Shown one piece after another: positions 15,875-20,000 of a DNA stretch of 20,000 bases. A model generated the notes under the pieces. That model was not told the origin of the DNA. It searched no databases and was given only the letters and a program-made list of their open reading frames with translations. The number at the start of each line of letters is the position of its first letter. The stretch's first letter is position 1. A program made the position numbers and the translations under genes. This DNA is from an uncultured virus (IMG/VR IMGVR_UViG_3300044296_000314) (lineage: Duplodnaviria > Heunggongvirae > Uroviricota > Caudoviricetes), in the IMG/VR virus record IMGVR_UViG_3300044296_000314; one strand, written 5' to 3'.

Positions 15875-16504
15875 ATGTCTATCGAAACCACTGTCAAACA
15901 GTACGCTCCGCAAATTGCGATGACGGTCTCTACCATTTTCGCAATAACCAAATACGGTCCTGTAATTTGGAAAGCAACTGGTCAAATGATAAGACTCATA
16001 TCGGCCTTGGAAGCCATAGCGCTCCTGCCAGCGCGAGTGGAGGCGTTGTCGGCTCAATTTCAGCGTAACGGAGGATCTTCCCTTCGCGATGCTGTGGACA
16101 ATAGCCAACTCTTGCTCAAGCAATTCGGAGAATCTTTGGAAGAGCTGAGAGTGCGAAATCACACCCATTGGCGCATGGACTACAGTGCGTCTAGTTGGGA
16201 GGCGGACTCACAGGGTCGTTGGGTCGCTGCCAACATGAAGCTTTGCGAAATGCTTGAGGTCAGTGAAGAAGACCTCATCGGCATGAACTGGAAGAATTTG
16301 ATTTATTTCCAAGATGCAGATCGAACGTTCGCTACTTGGAGCCGCGTAGTATTGGAGCATTCTCACCTCAACATCAGCGCCAGATGCCACATCCCCTCAA
16401 GAGGGTCGGTTATGATACGGTTCAAGGCGCAAGCCATGAAGGTAAACGGGCGAGTAGTTGGGTGGATAGGTACGGCAGAGTCAGAGGCTACCGAAGAAAC
16501 TTAG
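15875..16504 (+). CDS. Membrane-associated protein: N-terminal hydrophobic helix, NGGSSLRDAVD coiled coil, C-terminal PAS domain (holin/antiholin-like position)
   Basis: PAS signature WEADSQGRWVAANMKLCEMLEVSEEDLIGMNWKNLIYFQD...NGRVVGWIGT. Moderately hydrophobic IAMTVSTIFAITKYGPVIW. Last gene of the + strand block. Confidence 0.75.
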   Translation: MSIETTVKQYAPQIAMTVSTIFAITKYGPVIWKATGQMIRLISALEAIALLPARVEALSAQFQRNGGSSLRDAVDNSQLLLKQFGESLEELRVRNHTHWRMDYSASSWEADSQGRWVAANMKLCEMLEVSEEDLIGMNWKNLIYFQDADRTFATWSRVVLEHSHLNISARCHIPSRGSVMIRFKAQAMKVNGRVVGWIGTAESEATEET

Positions 16505-16916
16505 GGTCAAGCAACTGGTGGATTAGATCCTCAATCTGGGAACTGGACAGACAGCATCTGCGAGACAAAGTGGTCCAGAGGCAGCTACTCTTGGCCATAC
16601 CCCAAGATTCGATATCGTCCCAACAATACCAGTAACCCTCCACCTTGGCTACCAATCCCACCCTTCTGCCGGCTTCCTTGGCGCCGGACATCCAATTATA
16701 TTGTTCTCTACGCAATCCTAAGTTTGCGTGGCTACTCGCCACACGCCTGACAAACTTCAGCTCTAACCAGGTGTCCCCCGGCCCCGGAATATGCACGTTA
16801 ACATCGGGCAAACCCAAGCTTACTTTATTCTCCAAACGTATATAATCCCAGGATCTGCTGTCGAATTCTCGTTTGAGAGGAAGCCACACGCTGGATTTTT
16901 CACTACCTATCAGCAT
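16488..16916 (-). CDS. PD-(D/E)XK nuclease, VRR-NUC / Holliday-junction-resolvase-like (142 aa)
   Basis: This is the C-terminal part of listed ORF 16488..17645, starting at ATG 16916. Motifs SEKS...RLENKVSLGLPDV...WLELK...LRREQYNW are typical of phage VRR-NUC-type nucleases. Confidence 0.8.
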   Translation of the reverse strand: MLIGSEKSSVWLPLKREFDSRSWDYIRLENKVSLGLPDVNVHIPGPGDTWLELKFVRRVASSHANLGLRREQYNWMSGAKEAGRRVGLVAKVEGYWYCWDDIESWGMAKSSCLWTTLSRRCCLSSSQIEDLIHQLLDPKFLR

Positions 16917-16925
16917 ATAGTCTCT

Positions 16926-16933
16926 AGTATACT
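16926..16933. promoter_or_regulatory. Palindromic AGTATACT giving TATACT -10 boxes on both strands (candidate bidirectional promoter)
   Basis: It lies in the 60-nt gap between divergent genes starting at 16916 (-) and 16977 (+). TATACT is at 16928-16933 (+) and 16931-16926 (-). Confidence 0.5.
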
Positions 16934-16976
16934 GGGATAAGACCATTAAGGTCATGTATTTACTGGAGAAAATCAA

Positions 16977-17459
16977 ATGAGTCAAAACCCTCTCTACCTT
17001 GCTCTTGGCGGCAAACGCAACAATCGCTTGTTCAGCGAAGCCAAAGCGCTGGAAAAGACACTGACTGCCCTGAACCTTCCGAACTTCGGCATCACCGCTT
17101 CCGGCCAAGGCGGCCAGCGCGTGAACCCGGAGGATTTCGAAGCCAACGACATCGATACGGCGTTTCCCGCCAACTTCGAGATTCGCACGAGCATGGGCAA
17201 CGGCCCGGATAAGAATGATGCCGGCGAGGAGATTGAGAACAGCATCGCGGACTACGGTGAATACCAGAGCGTCGACAAGCTGCTCGACACCTTGGAAATG
17301 GCTCCCAATTTGCTCGTGGGTGCGGAACGGATCATCTGCATGTTTCACCCCAGCCTGAAGGGTCAGGAGCTGAACACCTACATCGACAACCTGCCGACTG
17401 TCCGGACGGCAGTGGAATCGGCGCGTACCCAAGCCATCCACAACTTGCTGAAGTCCTAA
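16977..17459 (+). CDS. Hypothetical acidic protein (160 aa), stand-alone transcription unit
   Basis: GGAG SD at 16965-16968, strongly C/G-ending codons (AAC, GAC, ATC, TTC, GGC), followed by an intrinsic terminator. No family recognised. Confidence 0.8.
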   Translation: MSQNPLYLALGGKRNNRLFSEAKALEKTLTALNLPNFGITASGQGGQRVNPEDFEANDIDTAFPANFEIRTSMGNGPDKNDAGEEIENSIADYGEYQSVDKLLDTLEMAPNLLVGAERIICMFHPSLKGQELNTYIDNLPTVRTAVESARTQAIHNLLKS

Positions 17460-17490
17460 CCTTTCTGCCGGCACCACTAAACCCAAAACA

Positions 17491-17526
17491 AGAAGACCGC
17501 TCCAACCAGGGCGGTCTTTTTGCTTT
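17491..17526. terminator. Rho-independent terminator, probably bidirectional
   Basis: AAGACCGCTC-CAACCA-GGGCGGTCTT followed by TTTGCTTT on +, and by a T-rich run on -. It sits between convergent genes. Confidence 0.85.
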
Positions 17527-17725
17527 ATGGCTCCAGAATCTCCCGCAACCTGCGCGCCCCACGTATGCGCACCAGGCGAGATGTGTTTAGATTTGTTGCT
17601 AGCCAGCCCCCGGCCATCATAGCGCTGTTGATGCGGATAGTACACAGGTTACCACTGACCTTGGCTGCGTAAACAACCCCAATTCGCACGTCACGCTTGC
17701 GCAAACCCTGTTGAGAGACCTTCAT
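17525..17725 (-). CDS. Small basic SH3-like barrel protein (66 aa)
   Basis: Start at ATG 17725 overlaps the upstream stop (ATGA). MKVSQQGLRKRDVRIGVVYAAKVSG...GGWLATNLNTSRLVRIRGARRLR resembles a recurrent small phage/mobile-element family (from recall). Confidence 0.7.
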   Translation of the reverse strand: MKVSQQGLRKRDVRIGVVYAAKVSGNLCTIRINSAMMAGGWLATNLNTSRLVRIRGARRLREILEP

Positions 17726-17952
17726 AGCGCCACTTCCAGGGTGCCGCCAGGGTGCTGGTCTGAGGGGGCGACCGGATAGACCGAACACTCAAACAGATCC
17801 AGCAGCTTCTGCTCCAAGTAGTCCAGGGGGCGGGTTCCGGTGAACGACAGGAATTGCGCGTTGCCGTGTCTGTCCATGGCCATCCAAATGACCACGGCCA
17901 GGCTTTTGTTTTCGAGTAGGATGTGCCGTTCGGCGTCGAGTGCTTGCCACAT
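17722..17952 (-). CDS. Hypothetical protein (76 aa)
   Basis: Strong SD AAGGAG 7 nt before the ATG; fills the gap between neighbours and is coupled to the next gene by ATGA. Confidence 0.7.
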   Translation of the reverse strand: MWQALDAERHILLENKSLAVVIWMAMDRHGNAQFLSFTGTRPLDYLEQKLLDLFECSVYPVAPSDQHPGGTLEVAL

Positions 17953-17967
17953 GATAAATCTCCTTGA

Positions 17968-18990
17968 TCAGCCTATGCCCTTCAGATTGTCCAGAAATTG
18001 CCCAGAGCAGTGACAGAACGGATTACCGACAGTGGCCCCACAGGTAGCGCACAGCACAGGATCCGATTGCGCCTTGCGCCGTTCTCGCAAGCGCAAGAAA
18101 GAAACCACATCGGTGAAATTCTCCACAATCATGTTCAAAGTGAGTCTTCCTCGAGCTTCGTGTTGGACGGCTTCCTCCCATCGCTGTTCGTCTCGATACT
18201 GCAACACTGCTTCTCGGATGGTGTCCACGATAACGGACGGCTCCAGAGAGTCCAGCTCCCAGCTTTCGTTGCCATACTTCTCCCGGTAGCTAGCAAAACG
18301 GCTGTCAGTGACCTTGGCCGGATTTGGGGGCGGCTGGTATTGTTCAATTTGGTCCATGTTCAGAGCAATGCGATGAACGTTGAACGGTGTGTGCGTGAAC
18401 ATAGTCATTCGGTCGATAATGTCGCGGGTCATATCAATGCCGGACGGGTCGTGGTCGCCCAGATGAATGATTTGCACGCGCTTGCCCTTAGACATGCGCC
18501 TCATCAGCCGCTGGCCAGCCGCCCACATTTCGGACTGTGAGGTGTAGCCTACGCACGCGAAGTGGGGAACGTCTAGTTCTACGCAGATACCACTGACAAT
18601 ACCCATTAGGGCGTTCTTCTCTACCCAGACCTCCACATATTCCGTCTGGTTGTAGTCCCACTTGTCCCACCGATACTTGTCTATGGATTCCGATAGCAAT
18701 TGACTGGGTCGGTCGTAGTGTTTCACGGCAAGCACGTTGCGAGTACGATCCACCAGATGGTCCCAATCCAGTAGACCAGCCAATCGGGCGTCCGATACGA
18801 GTTGCCCCAGCTTGTCGTACTCCTCGACGCGATTGGGTATGATGTTGCGCGACACGAACTGGTAGTACAATTGTCGCAGTGTAAGGTCGTATCCTTGGGC
18901 CGCGTAATCATGCATGATTTTATCGGCTTTACCGATGAGCTGGATGCGTTCGGCGCTGAATTTCTTGGGTAAGTAGCAGATTTTAGGCAT
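17968..18990 (-). CDS. Topoisomerase VI-A/Spo11-like (winged helix + TOPRIM; 'mini-A'-type) protein with C-terminal Cys cluster (340 aa)
   Basis: TLRQLYY (candidate catalytic Tyr helix), VEVWVEK (TOPRIM Glu), GDHDPSG (DxD), WELDSL and C-terminal CATC...CHC. ATG 18990 was chosen because the upstream gene ends at 19001. Confidence 0.85.
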   Translation of the reverse strand: MPKICYLPKKFSAERIQLIGKADKIMHDYAAQGYDLTLRQLYYQFVSRNIIPNRVEEYDKLGQLVSDARLAGLLDWDHLVDRTRNVLAVKHYDRPSQLLSESIDKYRWDKWDYNQTEYVEVWVEKNALMGIVSGICVELDVPHFACVGYTSQSEMWAAGQRLMRRMSKGKRVQIIHLGDHDPSGIDMTRDIIDRMTMFTHTPFNVHRIALNMDQIEQYQPPPNPAKVTDSRFASYREKYGNESWELDSLEPSVIVDTIREAVLQYRDEQRWEEAVQHEARGRLTLNMIVENFTDVVSFLRLRERRKAQSDPVLCATCGATVGNPFCHCSGQFLDNLKGIG

Positions 18991-19000
18991 ATTGGTTTGC

Positions 19001-19198
19001 TTAGCTTTCCTTTGGTGCTCTTCTCCAGGCTTGCCCGTCAGATCGAAAACCATTAGCCAGGAAGTTGGCACTTCTCTTGGCCATGTTGTCTCTCCACTGT
19101 TTCAGTCGGCAAGCTCGACATTTCCTGGATCTAGACGATTGTGCCTTAGATTGGCATTTGTTGCAGATCCCAAGTGGTCCTAGGTCTGGGTTGGGCAT
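19001..19198 (-). CDS. Small basic Zn-finger-like protein (65 aa)
   Basis: CNKC-x11-CRAC; GGAG SD 10 nt upstream; collinear with neighbours. Confidence 0.65.
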   Translation of the reverse strand: MPNPDLGPLGICNKCQSKAQSSRSRKCRACRLKQWRDNMAKRSANFLANGFRSDGQAWRRAPKES

Positions 19199-19251
19199 AC
19201 ACGGTAGACTCCAACGGTGTCACAGTTTTCGGGTCCAAACTTCAATCCCAC

Positions 19252-19302
19252 GCTGAGCCGACCGTATCAACGCACAGTCGGCTCAGCCTAGAATCTAGGC
19301 TG
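19252..19302 (-). promoter_or_regulatory. Two overlapping intergenic inverted repeats
   Basis: GCTGAGCCGAC (19252-19262) pairs with GTCGGCTCAGC (19277-19287); CAGCCTAGA (19284-19292) pairs with TCTAGGCTG (19294-19302). Confidence 0.55.
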
Positions 19303-19512
19303 TTAAACACAAGGTACCCATGTACCTTTCTTGGCGCCTTCCCGCTTTCCCTTGCGCACCCTAATGATTTGTGGGACGCTGGACTCATTTTCGGCCAAGT
19401 GTATGTAGCCTGTAACCTTGTTCTCATGCACGAAGATCTTGGCTAGGTGTAAAGTGGGGAACAGCCTTGGCTGTTCCCCTACTGCGTGTAGATGCACCTT
19501 GATTTGAGTCAT
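19303..19512 (-). CDS. Hypothetical protein (69 aa)
   Basis: AAGGAG SD and ATGA overlap with the upstream gene. Confidence 0.65.
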   Translation of the reverse strand: MTQIKVHLHAVGEQPRLFPTLHLAKIFVHENKVTGYIHLAENESSVPQIIRVRKGKREGAKKGTWVPCV

Positions 19513-20000
19513 GCGATCTCCTTCCGGTTTGCGGCGCTCTTGGTGTCCACCTGCTTAGACAGGCTGATGCTGGCTCCGGCTTCGGTACCCTGGCGATAGG
19601 CGCTGCGATCAATCTTGGCGTTCTCGCGGTACCGTTTATTCCAGTAAGCATTGCGATGGCGTTCGTCGCGCTTGTTCTGGGCCTCTTCTTCTTTCTTCTC
19701 CCGCTTCAGACGGCGTTCGCGCTGCGCTTCCGTCTCGTTAGCCAATGCGGCGACCCGCTCTGCCTCTTCCGCAGCAGCTTCTTGGGCGCGTTGGGCTTCC
19801 CTCTCCGCTCTGGCTGCGTTCCACTCCGCATCCCGCGCTTGGCTGCGAGCATAGGCACCCTTTCCGTATTGCACATCATAGTTGGCTTCGTACTCGCGCT
19901 GAAAGACATCACGCAGAGTCAGAGCGTTGGTGGCCGCTCCTGCCTCCGCTTGGCGAGACTTCAACTCCTGGGTCTGGGTCCGGATGCGTTCCTGCAGCTT
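19509..20000 (-). CDS. C-terminal part of a probable DUF2786/DUF7168-like protein with a charged helical insert (5'-truncated by window edge)
   Basis: The frame is open to position 20000 (KLQERIRTQTQELKSRQ...). The C-terminal SAYRQGTEAGASISLSKQV resembles the end of DUF2786-type phage proteins (from recall). Long E/R/K/A-rich helix. Confidence 0.55.
   Translation of the reverse strand, partial: KLQERIRTQTQELKSRQAEAGAATNALTLRDVFQREYEANYDVQYGKGAYARSQARDAEWNAARAEREAQRAQEAAAEEAERVAALANETEAQRERRLKREKKEEEAQNKRDERHRNAYWNKRYRENAKIDRSAYRQGTEAGASISLSKQVDTKSAANRKEIA

Noticed and set aside
11451..16504. Diversity-generating retroelement target, invertible fibre cassette, or endolysin/spanin genes
   Set aside because: No reverse transcriptase, invertase, near-identical nucleotide repeat, muralytic motif or lipobox was seen in the window.
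16917..17645. N-terminal 243 codons of the 385-aa minus-strand ORF 16488..17645
   Set aside because: It is the antisense shadow of the well-supported + gene 16977..17459 and crosses a terminator and another gene; nuclease motifs start only after ATG 16916.
17968..18990. Wadjet (JetABCD) defence system
   Set aside because: There is a TOPRIM protein but no SMC/MukBEF-like jetABC neighbours, and the RQLYY motif fits Topo VI-A/Spo11-like proteins.
1..20000. CRISPR array, tRNA/rRNA genes, IS elements, integrase, stop-codon reassignment
   Set aside because: No regularly spaced repeats, cloverleafs, or transposase/recombinase motifs were found. Genes are intact in the standard code, with TAA, TGA and TAG all used as stops.

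Overview
This window is from a tailed dsDNA phage or prophage with a long non-contractile (siphovirus-like) tail. The + strand (1-16504) carries a translationally coupled tail module in canonical order: tail tube (5'-truncated), tail assembly chaperone G/GT joined by a -1 frameshift (A AAT TTA, 1797-1803), a 1211-aa tape measure, a tandem distal-tail (Dit) protein with a CBM-like insert, a 1473-aa fused hub/tip protein (gpL-like + gpJ-like) and a 1311-aa fibre/spike. After these come a small secreted protein and a membrane-segment + PAS-domain protein in the usual lysis position; no endolysin is visible in the window. The right end is mostly - strand early/accessory genes: a PD-(D/E)XK nuclease, a stand-alone Topo VI-A/Spo11-like protein, small Zn-finger and SH3-like proteins and a truncated DUF2786-like protein. 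One + strand orphan gene with its own promoter and terminator interrupts them. The most unusual signal is that the fibre starts with a Sec-type signal peptide and has 22 locally paired cysteines, and is followed by a second secreted protein with a Cys pair, suggesting a receptor-binding protein that folds in the periplasm. All family assignments, and the tentative Acidobacteriota host, come from motif recognition and recall; no searches were run.
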